The translations under genes were made by a program, and so were the position numbers. From positions 1-64,000 of the forward strand of contig CAWBYW010000018.1 of the NCBI GenBank assembly GCA_963792965.1: DNA of 64,000 nucleotides. Reading direction: 5' to 3'. Positions within the stretch are counted from its first letter, which is position 1. Each line of letters begins with the position of its first letter. The DNA comes from an uncultured delta proteobacterium. Its GTDB lineage: Bacteria; Desulfobacterota; Zymogenia; Zymogenales; Zymogenaceae. The notes below the pieces were generated by a model. It worked only from the letters and a program-made list of their open reading frames with translations. It was not told the origin of the DNA and did not search any database. Shown one piece after another: positions 46,487 through 55,327 of the stretch.

Positions 46487-47932
46487 CTATTTTGTATGAT
46501 GCCTCCGGTACCACTCGTACATCGCAAGCGCCGCCGCCGTGGCCGCGTTGAGCGATTCGCTGCCTACTTCCATAGGAATCCCGATCGTCCGCTTCTCGCG
46601 GAACCGCTGGGGCACTCCCGGCCCCTCCACCCCGATCAGGAGCCCCATGTTCGGCGGCAACACGGCCCGGGCGATATTTTCGCCCTCGGCCGTCAGCGTG
46701 AAGAGGGGCACCCCGGCCACCCTCAGCCTTTCGATCGCCGGCCCCCGCATGAGCGGCACCCGGAAGGGCGCGGTCCCCGCCGCGCGCAGCGCCTTGGAGT
46801 GATAGGGGTTTGCCGCGCCTTCAAGCAGCACCACGCGGCCCACCCCGAAGGCCGCCGCCGACCGAATCACCGCCCCGACGTTGGCCGGGTCCTGAAACGG
46901 GACGAATAGCGTGAGCCCCATATTCTTCTCGGAATCGACCCATCCCGGCAAGTGCGGGCACCCTGAGCAGGACGAGCGGCCCCCCCGTCCCGTGGACGTC
47001 CAGCTCATGGAAGAGCGGCCCGGAGAGCCGGTACCACGACGACGTCCTGTAAAGTGTCTGGGCGGCGCGGCTCCGTTGTGGGGGGTAATCCAGCCGACGA
47101 TGTCGCCCGGAAAATCGCGCACGACCTCGTCGGTCAGCTTTGCTCCGCCGAACAGCGCCGTCCCCTCTTTCTTGAGGCCGCGGCCGGAAAGGAGGCTCTT
47201 GAGCTCCTTGAAGCGCGCGTTGGCCGCGCTCACGATGTCCACGGCCCGGCCGCTCCTCCCCGTCTTCCCCGGTTGTCGCGAGGCCCACTCGCCTTTTGTC
47301 CGCTCAAAGACGAGGAGCCGCCGCTCGTACGCGGTGCCGGGGATCGCGTAGGGGATGTCTCGCGAAAGGGTGAAGTATTTCTCGATTTCGCCGGCCGTCT
47401 CGGCGAGCTCGTCTGTGGCCGCGGGCCCCTTCATGAGGATGACCCTCCCCCCCGGCGCCAGGAAGGGGGCGCAGCGCGCCAGCGTCTCGGCGGCCGACTC
47501 CAGCGCCCGCGTGATAACCCCCGCCACCTCGAGTGGAAAGTCGGGCAGCACCTTATGGGGGTAGACGTGCGCGCCGGCGAGCTCCAATTCATCGATCATC
47601 TCCATGAGGAACGAGATGCGCCTCCCGCGCGGCTCGGCAAGCACCATCTCAAGCCCCGGGTTCATGATCATGAGCGGCAGCGCCGGGAAGCCCGCCCCCG
47701 TCCCGATATCGAGGAGCGGCGAGGGGAGCTCGACCAGACGCCCCGGCATGATGGAGTCGACGAAATGCTTGACGACGATATCCTCGATGGTCGTGAGCCT
47801 CGTCAGGTCGGACTCGGGGTTCTTTTCCACGAGCCTGTGCAGAAGGACCCGGAATCGGTCGAGCTGCTGGTCCGAGAGCTCGATTCCCGATCGGGCAAAG
47901 AGACCCCGTATATCCTCTCTGTTCTCTTTCAC
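46487..47932 (-). CDS. rsmG: RsmG 16S rRNA m7G527 methyltransferase fused to a TrmH/SpoU methyltransferase (compensating frameshifts near 46950-47050)
   Basis: KHFVDS, LDIGTGAGFP, VITRA; then QDPANVGAVIRSA, GVEGPG, SLNAA; start approximate. Confidence 0.82.
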   Translation of the reverse strand: MKENREDIRGLFARSGIELSDQQLDRFRVLLHRLVEKNPESDLTRLTTIEDIVVKHFVDSIMPGRLVELPSPLLDIGTGAGFPALPLMIMNPGLEMVLAEPRGRRISFLMEMIDELELAGAHVYPHKVLPDFPLEVAGVITRALESAAETLARCAPFLAPGGRVILMKGPAATDELAETAGEIEKYFTLSRDIPYAIPGTAYERRLLVFERTKGEWASRQPGKTGRSGRAVDIVSAANARFKELKSLLSGRGLKKEGTALFGGAKLTDEVVRDFPGDIVGWITPHNGAAPPRHFTGRRRGTGSPGRSSMSWTSTGRGGRSSCSGCPHLPGWVDSEKNMGLTLFVPFQDPANVGAVIRSAAAFGVGRVVLLEGAANPYHSKALRAAGTAPFRVPLMRGPAIERLRVAGVPLFTLTAEGENIARAVLPPNMGLLIGVEGPGVPQRFREKRTIGIPMEVGSESLNAATAAALAMYEWYRRHHTK

Positions 47933-48020
47933 GCATTGATGTCCGCGCCGACTTCGATTTAAGGTGAAAAAAAGTGCGCCCTGATGTATCCTTATACCAC
48001 ACAATCGCGCGTGAGGGAAG

Positions 48021-48737
48021 ATGAGAAACCGGCCGGCGTGGGACTTCGACGAGATAGAGAAGCTTGTCCTGTTCGAGGATAACCACGTCCTGGCGATGGT
48101 CAAGCCCGCGGGAATGTTGACGCAGGGAGATCGGACGGGCGACGTCTCACTCCTCGATCTCGCGAAGAAATACCTCAAGGAGAAGTACAAAAAACCCGGC
48201 GACGTCTACCTCGGCCTCGTGCATCGGCTGGACCGCCCGGTCGGCGGGGTGATCGTCTTTGCCCGCACGTCCAAGGCGGCGGGGCGCCTGTCCGGGCAAT
48301 TCCGCTCGCGCGAGACAAAGAAGGTCTATTGGGCGCTCGTGGAGGGAAAGCCGGACCCGCCGGAGGGGGAGCTTGTCCATTTTCTCGTCAAATCGGGCAC
48401 GATGATGAAGACGGCGCAAAAGGAAACGGCCGGGGCCCAGGAGGCGCGGCTGATCTATCAGACGCGTGAGACGAGGGGAGATGAGAGCCTCGTCGAGGTG
48501 GAGCTGATCACGGGCCGCAAGCACCAGATCCGGGCACAGCTTGCGGCCGTCGGCTGCCCCATCGTCGGCGACATCAAGTACGGGGCAAAGGAGAGGCAAC
48601 ACACAGGGCGAGACCCCGGGGAGATCGTCCCCGGCATCCGGCTCTTCGCCCGCTCGCTGACGTTTCATCACCCCGTCACCGGCGAGGAGATAACGATCGA
48701 GGCGGAGCCGCCCGCGGGATTTTCTCTCGGCGGATGA
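48021..48737 (+). CDS. RluA family pseudouridine synthase
   Basis: KPAG, VHRLDRPVGG, TGRKHQIR, PIVGD.KYG. Confidence 0.92.
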   Translation: MRNRPAWDFDEIEKLVLFEDNHVLAMVKPAGMLTQGDRTGDVSLLDLAKKYLKEKYKKPGDVYLGLVHRLDRPVGGVIVFARTSKAAGRLSGQFRSRETKKVYWALVEGKPDPPEGELVHFLVKSGTMMKTAQKETAGAQEARLIYQTRETRGDESLVEVELITGRKHQIRAQLAAVGCPIVGDIKYGAKERQHTGRDPGEIVPGIRLFARSLTFHHPVTGEEITIEAEPPAGFSLGG

Positions 48738-48799
48738 CCGATGAGGGCGTGAGAGGCCGCGTCGAGTATCGTACATACATATGATGGTAGGAGTTCACG

Positions 48800-49057
48800 G
48801 TGATCTCGGGAAAAAAATTGATGAAGATCGGGTGGTACATGCTGGCGGTGCCGCTCATACTTCTGTTTCTGTCAATCATCATCAGCATGATCGTTTCCGG
48901 AAGAGAAGATGCGGTCAACCCGGTCGTTCGTCTTATCGGCATGGCCCTCGTGTTTTTCTGGGCCCTCTCGCTCTTTCCCCTCTTGATCGGGCTTATCAAA
49001 ATCATCGCCGAGGCAATCGCACGCAAACGCAAGGGATCCTCGACAAAAGGGGAGTAA
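48800..49057 (+). CDS. small hypothetical membrane protein (2 TM)
   Basis: AGGAG RBS before GTG; two hydrophobic segments. Confidence 0.6.
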   Translation: MISGKKLMKIGWYMLAVPLILLFLSIIISMIVSGREDAVNPVVRLIGMALVFFWALSLFPLLIGLIKIIAEAIARKRKGSSTKGE

Positions 49058-49175
49058 GGTTCGCGGGGGCGATACGCCCGCCCGTGCGAGGGTTTCGCGC
49101 CAATAGATAGGGGCGGCTCGCAAGCCGCCCCCGGGCAACACGGCACCGTACCTCTACGTACGGAATCTCATCTCC

Positions 49176-49603
49176 CTAAATCAACCAGGCGTAGACCAGC
49201 CCGAGCACAAGGCTCGAGATGATCCCGTTGACCAGCTCGATAGATAACAGCCTGCTGGGGTGGATCGCCTCGAAGGTGCATGTCCAGGAACTTCGGGGAT
49301 GTTCTTGGTCACGATAAGGATGAGCCCGAAGAGCAGGCCGGCCGCCACGAGCATCGTGGGCAGGACGGGCTTGATGAACGCGTAGACCACGGCCCACAGG
49401 AAGCTCTGCACCACGATAATCAGGATCAGAAACCCCATCATCGCGCCCATGCTGCTCCACTTCTTGACCAGCTTCTTGGCTTCAAACGACTTGTAGTACT
49501 TGGACACCATCGGGTTCATGTAGAGGACCGCCCCCAGCACGAACCAGACCACCGACGCTACCAGCGTTGCGATCAACACTCTCACGATATCGATATTCAT
49601 CAT
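49176..49603 (-). CDS. membrane protein, DUF1761-like (frameshifted near 49280)
   Basis: VASVVWFVLGAVLY N-terminus, four hydrophobic helices across two frames; GGAGG RBS. Confidence 0.6.
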
Positions 49604-49713
49604 TTTTCTACCTCCGTCAAGCGTTGACAGATTACATCTTCCGGGGCGCGCCCACCTTGACGCGCCCCACGAAACAACTCTCATGAAACCCGCCCTTCCG
49701 GCGCTCTATATCT

Positions 49714-49731
49714 ACCTATCAGTAGATAGGT
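49714..49731. promoter_or_regulatory. TetR operator, copy 1
   Basis: Perfect palindrome ACCTATC-agta-GATAGGT upstream of the membrane protein gene. Confidence 0.7.
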
Positions 49732-49748
49732 TTTACACGTAAAAAAAA

Positions 49749-50312
49749 TCATGCCCGCATCGACTCCATCGCCCGCCGCGCGACGGCCGTCAGCCTGTCG
49801 GAACCCTCAAGGCGCGAGATCTGGAGCGCCCCCTGCAGCGCGCACATGATCAGGAGCGCCTGATCGTGCGGCTCGCCCTCGTACCGAAAGACCCCCTCGT
49901 CCCTTCCCTGCCCGACCACGTCGGTAAGCCAGAGGACAGGTCATCGTACATGGCCCTGAAGGCAGCTCCTCATGCGCTCGGGGATGACGTTGTACTCCGC
50001 CTCCATGATCCCGAAGGGGCAGATGCGGGTCTTGGCGTCAAGGAACGTGCGGATGAGTCCCGTGTACATCTCTACCTTTTTTCCCGGGCCGGCCCCTGAC
50101 GCATCGACACCCGCCAGATATTCGCGCATCAGGCCGTGCAGCCGCTCGCACACCGCCACCCCCAGGTCTTCCTTTGCGGGGAAATGGTGGTGGATGCTCG
50201 CCTTGGTGATGCCCAGCTGCTTTGAGATATCGTTGTAGCTGAAGCTGTTGTAGCTGCCCGAGAGTATCAGCTCCTCGGCGATATCCAGTATCTGTGTCTT
50301 TCTGTCTTCCAC
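49749..50312 (-). CDS. TetR/AcrR family transcriptional regulator (frameshifted near 49950)
   Basis: ILDIAEELI..SYNSFSYNDIS..LGITKASIHHHFPAKEDL; C-terminus LQGALQISR in the alternative frame ends at 49749. Confidence 0.85.
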
Positions 50313-50350
50313 GATGTATCCTTCCTGTTTTATCCTTCCCTCTATCTATA

Positions 50351-50379
50351 ATTCTACCTACTAATAGGTAGGTTGTCAA
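50351..50379 (-). promoter_or_regulatory. tetR promoter with overlapping operator, copy 2
   Basis: TTGACA-17 bp-TAGAAT on the minus strand; palindrome ACCTAC-taatag-GTAGGT fills the spacer (50356-50373). Confidence 0.75.
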
Positions 50380-50436
50380 GAGCATTAGCTAGTCACGTAG
50401 CAGTGCGGATTCTTGCCGAGAGCGTGATTCAAGTTC

Positions 50437-50525
50437 GTAGGGGCACCATACATGGCGCCCGTTTGCTAGAACGGCGGGTTTCTCTGGCCCTGTGTTTAGG
50501 GCAACAATTTTAGAGCTGCCATTAC
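50437..50525. repeat. GTAG-type REP doublet (REPIN-like)
   Basis: GTAGGGGCACC..GGCGCCC hairpin and an inverted degenerate partner ending GCCATTAC. Confidence 0.45.
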
Positions 50526-50678
50526 GTAAGAAGGCCCCTCATCTCTTCTATATTTTCCTTACTTAATACATTTCTAAAGTTTTCGGTTTCCATGCGCTGG
50601 ATGTGGCATAAATAGAAAGTGGACTATCCTATCAGATAAAGATGCCTGAAGAATATTCTCTCCATCGTGAATTTTAAT

Positions 50679-51906
50679 TGCCCTAGTCACTAAAAGTGTT
50701 GACAGGTGACGAGTTATTAAGAGACGAGTCACGGTCTTCCTGTTAAGATGGATTAGCCACAAAACATCTTAACGTAAAGGAGGAAGAACCATGACTCACC
50801 GAGATTATATCATACGTCGGAAGTTGAACATAGTAGATTTAGGCCGGACGTTGAACAACATCAGCGATGCCTGCCGGAAGTTAGGGGTAAGCAGACAACA
50901 CTACTACGACGTCAAGAAGGCGATAGAAGAGGAAGGCCTGGACGGCCTGTTGGAGAAGAGCCGCCGGATGCCGAGGTACGGCAATCGAGTGGCCGTTGAG
51001 ATCGAAGAGAAGGTGCTCGATTACTCCTTACAGTTCCCCACCCAGGGGCAGGTACGGACGGCCAACGAGCTCAAGAGATCGGGCATACAGATCAGCGCCG
51101 GAGGCGTTCGGAGCATCTGGATGCGTCATAACCTTCACGTGAAGGCGCTGCGTCTGAAGCGACTGGAACAATGGGCGGCCGAGAACACGGAGGTGCTGAC
51201 CGAGTCCCAGGTGAAGGCCCTGGAGGACGCAAAGGAGGAGCGGGAGGCCCACGGAGAGGTCGAGAGCCCTCATCCGGGCTTTTTGGTAGCCCAGGACACC
51301 TTCTATGTCGGCACAATCAAGGGTGTGGGCCGCATTTACCAGCAGACGGCCATCGATACCCACGCCAACGTGGGGTTCGCCAAGGTCTACAGCGATAAGA
51401 CGGCGCTCGTCGCCGCCGATCTGCTTAACGATAAGGTGCTCCCCGCCTACGATGAGCATAACATCACGGTGCTTCGGGTACTCACCGACAACGGGCGGGA
51501 GTACTGCGGATTAAAGGACAGCCATCCCTACGAGTTGTTCCTGCACCTCAACGACATCGAGCATACGCGGATACGGGTCAGACGCCCGCAGACCAACGGC
51601 TCGGTGGAACGGCTCAATCAGATCATCAAGGATGAGTTCTACGAGGTGGCATTCAGGAGAAAGCTGTATCGGACCATTGAGGAGATCCAGACCGACCTTG
51701 ACGAGTTCATGAGATGCTACAACGAAGAGCGGACGAACCAGGGGAGGTACTGCCAGGGGCGAACACCTCTACAAACCTTTCTTGACGGATTGGAGCTCTA
51801 TAGACGTTTCGTCTATGAAGAAACGGTAGCCGAAGAGGACGTGGCGTAGTATACTAAACCCATCTTACAGGAAGGCAAACTGTCAACACAACTCGTGACT
51901 ACTGCA
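50679..51906 (+). mobile_element. IS481-family insertion sequence
   Basis: 27-bp terminal inverted repeats (21/27 match, TGC..TAGTCAC.....GTGTTGACAG), 7-bp direct repeat TTTTAAT on both sides, single transposase gene. Confidence 0.88.
50791..51849 (+). CDS. IS481 family DDE transposase
   Basis: N-terminal HTH, QDTFYVG, LTDNGREY, PQTNGSVERL, YN.ER; AGGAGG RBS. Confidence 0.93.
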   Translation: MTHRDYIIRRKLNIVDLGRTLNNISDACRKLGVSRQHYYDVKKAIEEEGLDGLLEKSRRMPRYGNRVAVEIEEKVLDYSLQFPTQGQVRTANELKRSGIQISAGGVRSIWMRHNLHVKALRLKRLEQWAAENTEVLTESQVKALEDAKEEREAHGEVESPHPGFLVAQDTFYVGTIKGVGRIYQQTAIDTHANVGFAKVYSDKTALVAADLLNDKVLPAYDEHNITVLRVLTDNGREYCGLKDSHPYELFLHLNDIEHTRIRVRRPQTNGSVERLNQIIKDEFYEVAFRRKLYRTIEEIQTDLDEFMRCYNEERTNQGRYCQGRTPLQTFLDGLELYRRFVYEETVAEEDVA

Positions 51907-52246
51907 TTTTAATATTGTCTCCGGTAATTGTTGCCTTTCTGTTGCTACCATCTCCTTATTACCTAATGCTTCAATTATTCCGCCGACAGTAGTTTCTTTT
52001 ATTATGCCGAGTAAAAGCCAAGTTTCCCTATCAAAGAAACAGGTTCCAATCGGAATGTAAAAGTATCCATGCAGCAGGTACGATTCCTTTCTCATCGTAC
52101 CTCGTGTTGTAGTAGCTATACAAAATAGACATCTGTCTTCTGAATTAGTACCTGTATTGTTTAGTATTACTATATATTTGGGAGTTATATTACCATTTTC
52201 ATGTTCGAAATTCCTACAAAGAAGTATCTGTCCCTTTATGAGACTA

Positions 52247-52830
52247 TCAACTCTTAAAACCAAAAAAGCTCTCCAGTTCCTTAGAGGCACGCATCTGCTC
52301 TAAAGCAAAATCCCTATCAACAAGAGATTCATCATCAATAGCAAGCATAAAATCAATATATGCTTTATCTCCTTTAGTTCGTCTTGTTACGTCCCAAGGT
52401 GCGTTCTTAAGATGGGTTGCATTACTCATGTCTTCACCCGTAGCGTCTTTGAATACCTCTGAAACCCACTCAAGTATCTTAATTTCACGCTTTGAAAATA
52501 CCGACGTATTCGGAGACTTTGTACAACTGAATCTTATCCCTTTAACCTTCCCAGTTAATTCATCTCTTTCCTTGATATAGGTCTTTAGTAGCTGTTGCGG
52601 TGGATTATCATTTAATAATTCAAAGTAGAATTTCTTAGGCACGGGGCCAAAATTCCATGCATAATATTCTAAATCAGTTACAGATTTTCCAACTTCCTTG
52701 AAATTAAGGAAGTCAAGATAGTAAAGCAACTTAAACATCTTCGTTTGATAAAGTTTCTTTTTGTTTGTGTGTCTGCAAAAGTAAAGGACACATTTACCCT
52801 TTTTTCTTTTGCCGTGTCAACCAGTTTCAT
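52247..52830 (-). CDS. Panacea / SocA-like (DUF4065) antitoxin (frameshift in poly-A near 52800)
   Basis: CVLYF...TKMFKLLYYLD...Y.AWNFGPVP...THLKNAPW. Confidence 0.8.
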
Positions 52831-53115
52831 TGTATATTCTTCTGCCTAAAGACTTCTTCCATATAATAATACTCGCTCACCGCCTATCTTATCAAGGAAA
52901 CGAGCGAGTTTTTCACCGTCTGTCATTCTACTGGTATTCCGCCTGAATGAGAACTCATTACAGTATCGGAGAAGGTAAGATTTTAATATCTTCTAGAATA
53001 TACCATGAGCCCCATGTTTGAGTAAAGAGAAATATGACACTACCGTATTCATAAAGAAAAGGCGGTCAAGCCCTCTTTTGGCCCTTATCTCTGTATCCTT
53101 CCGGGTATCTATCCC

Positions 53116-53200
53116 CCAAATTAAGTTTACCAAGTTTCAAACTTTCCAAACTTAATTTGGTGTATACCAACCCCAAACGACTGCCAATCCCCTTAGCCCA
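53116..53200. repeat. nested AAGTTT/AAACTT palindrome plus tail, copy 1
   Basis: CCAAATTAAGTTT-ACC-AAGTTT-C-AAACTT-TCC-AAACTTAATTTGG; 13-bp perfect outer arms. Confidence 0.85.
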
Positions 53201-53531
53201 GATTGCCACGCCCCTTCGCTCCTCGCAATGACGAGTGGGGTCTACGGTCGGAAGGTCAGGAAAGACCCCTATAGAGGTGGGGTATCTATGAGTTCTCCCC
53301 TTTACAGGCAGTCCTTCCTACCCCTCCAGGGTCTTCTACCTCCCACACTCCCCATACCCTAATCACTACTATTAATATATAGTATAGTATATATATGTGT
53401 GTATATACGATATAGTAAGGATACGTCCGTAGGGTTACATCGGTCTTATAGGGACGTATCCACCGTACCCTGTACGCTACCCTATCCATCCCACCCACAC
53501 ACCGTTACAGGAGCAGCACGTGTTAGAACCC

Positions 53532-53602
53532 GTAGGGGCTCGACTTGTCGTGCCCGTACCAGACAGCGATTTCCTTGCGGACACCACAAGTGGTGTCCCT
53601 AC
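53532..53602. repeat. GTAG-type REP doublet (REPIN-like)
   Basis: GTAGGGGCTCGAC..GTCGTGCCC and inverted GGACACCAC..GTGGTGTCCCTAC; both halves recur at 55734-55848. Confidence 0.65.
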
Positions 53603-53689
53603 AAGAGACAACCGGTCCCCTTCTTCCCTCTTTCCCCTTCTCCATCGGGGCCCCATAAACGAAGATCTATCGGGTGACGGTACTACACG

Positions 53690-53734
53690 CCAAATTAAGT
53701 TTACTAAGTTTCAAACTTTACAAACTTATTTTGG
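53690..53734. repeat. nested AAGTTT/AAACTT palindrome, copy 2
   Basis: 42/45 identical to 53116-53160. Confidence 0.85.
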
Positions 53735-53819
53735 CCTATAACCCCCCACCCCACTAAAAACACTCTTCCCCCGCTCATAAATTCGATACCTTTACCCCCC
53801 GCCGGGTACAATCGTACCC

Positions 53820-54086
53820 ATGACAACCGACTACCATAACCGAGACGTCCTCCCCTTCTGCCCCTTCTGCAAACACCTCTCCGAGGTCGGCCGGCCCGTC
53901 GGCGGCCACGTCCAGTTTTTCGGAGACTATCTCCATTTCTTTGTATTCCGGGGCACGCTCTACTATTCCCGCCTGGCAGAGTGCATCACCTGCCGGAGGA
54001 CCTACGTCTTCTTTGGGACCTACGGCGGCTACCTGAAGGGGGAGGGCCTCTACTGGCCGTTCCCCGAAGTAATCCCAAACAAGTAG
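53820..54086 (+). CDS. small hypothetical Cys4 (zinc-binding) protein
   Basis: 88 aa, CPFC...CITC, host-like codon usage, stop 14 nt before the next start; no obvious RBS. Confidence 0.6.
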   Translation: MTTDYHNRDVLPFCPFCKHLSEVGRPVGGHVQFFGDYLHFFVFRGTLYYSRLAECITCRRTYVFFGTYGGYLKGEGLYWPFPEVIPNK

Positions 54087-54100
54087 GAAAGGAGCACCAG

Positions 54101-55324
54101 ATGGTGGATGAAAAAGAGCGCCACCTCACGCTGGACGAGCGCCGGGAGGCCGAAAAGGTCGAGCAGCTCATCGGCGATACCGGCTTCATCGAGCGCTACG
54201 TGAACTACGCGCGCGAGCTGACCGACGCCCCCCTCATCTTTCACTTCTTCAACGCCCTGGCGATCCTCGGGGCCGCCGTGGGGCGGCGCACCTACATCCC
54301 CTGGGGCCAGAACAACATCTACCCCAACCTCTGGGTGATCCTGCTTGCCGCCTCCACCAACTACCGCAAGACCACGAGCCTGCGCATCGCCGAGTCTATC
54401 CTGCGCGGGCGCGACAAGGGCCTGGTCTTCCCCAACGAGTTTACGCCGGAGTCGCTTCTCAGGCAGCTGTCGCGCACGCCCTGCGGGATGCTGTCGCTTG
54501 ACGAGTTCGGGCTCTTCTTGACCTCCACGAAAAAGGAATACATGCGCGGCGTGGCTGAGATCCTCACGACGCTCTACGACTGCCCGCCCGAGTACAACAA
54601 GGAGATCATGAGCGGCTCGATATCGATCGAGCTCCCGTTCATCTCGATCCTTGCCACCTCCACCATCGACTGGCTGACGGCCAACGTCAACGAAAAGGAC
54701 ATCCGGGGAGGGTTCCTGGGGAGGTTCCTCTTGGTGCCGTCGTGGGTCAAGTACGGGTGGCTGGCCATCCCGCCGGAAAAAAACATCGAGATCGCAAAGA
54801 AGCTCTCGGAGTGGCTGGGCGAGATCGCCATGGACATCATTTACCCCAAGACCTACCTTTCCGAGGACGCGCAGGATGTTTTCGTCGAGTGGCTCAAGGA
54901 ACACGAGGACGACCTGAGCGCGCGGAGCGAGACCTGCGCGATGCTCTTTTCCCGGATGCCTTCAAACCTCCTCAAGATCGCGCTGATCATCCACCTTGCG
55001 GGCACGCGCGGACCCAGCATCGGGGAGGCGAGCGTGAGGGCCGCCATCGGCGTCATCGAGCTCCTCAAGCCGCGTTACGAGCGGCTCATCGAGCGGGAGT
55101 TCACCTTCACGCGCTTCGAGGACCACAGGAAGAAGGTGCTGGACATCATCGGCAGCAACCAGGACGGCATCACGCGCTCCTCCCTGATGTTCCTTTCCAA
55201 GCTCAAGAAGCGGCGGCTGGACGAGGTGCTGGAGACGCTGATCGAGGAGGAGAGCATCGGCGTGAAGAAATTCAACGCCGGCGGCGTGCGCGACCGGACG
55301 GTGTACCAGCTGCTGGACAGGTAA
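54101..55324 (+). CDS. DUF3987/YfjI-like P-loop protein with C-terminal winged helix (replication-associated helicase-like)
   Basis: YPNLWVILLAASTNYRKTT (variant Walker A), TPESL, DEFG, GFLGRFL, C-terminal GITRSSL...LDEVLETL; AAGGAG RBS before ATG 54101. Confidence 0.72.
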   Translation: MVDEKERHLTLDERREAEKVEQLIGDTGFIERYVNYARELTDAPLIFHFFNALAILGAAVGRRTYIPWGQNNIYPNLWVILLAASTNYRKTTSLRIAESILRGRDKGLVFPNEFTPESLLRQLSRTPCGMLSLDEFGLFLTSTKKEYMRGVAEILTTLYDCPPEYNKEIMSGSISIELPFISILATSTIDWLTANVNEKDIRGGFLGRFLLVPSWVKYGWLAIPPEKNIEIAKKLSEWLGEIAMDIIYPKTYLSEDAQDVFVEWLKEHEDDLSARSETCAMLFSRMPSNLLKIALIIHLAGTRGPSIGEASVRAAIGVIELLKPRYERLIEREFTFTRFEDHRKKVLDIIGSNQDGITRSSLMFLSKLKKRRLDEVLETLIEEESIGVKKFNAGGVRDRTVYQLLDR

Positions 55325-55327
55325 GCA

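Larger units (their letters stand above)
50624..52290 (-). pseudogene. putative toxin (weakly PemK/MazF-like) interrupted near its 3' end by IS481
   Basis: AT-rich ORF directly downstream of the Panacea gene; removing the IS and one direct repeat restores ...LPETILK-FTMERIFFRHLYLIG-stop at 50624; start uncertain. Confidence 0.5.

Noticed and set aside
53116-53160. Palindrome as a dif site or protelomerase target
   Set aside because: It does not resemble the XerC/XerD arm consensus, occurs in multiple copies, and no protelomerase is nearby.
53286-53741. Short ORFs across the AT-rich tract and REP hairpins
   Set aside because: Low-complexity, repeat-derived translations with no RBS or coding-like composition.
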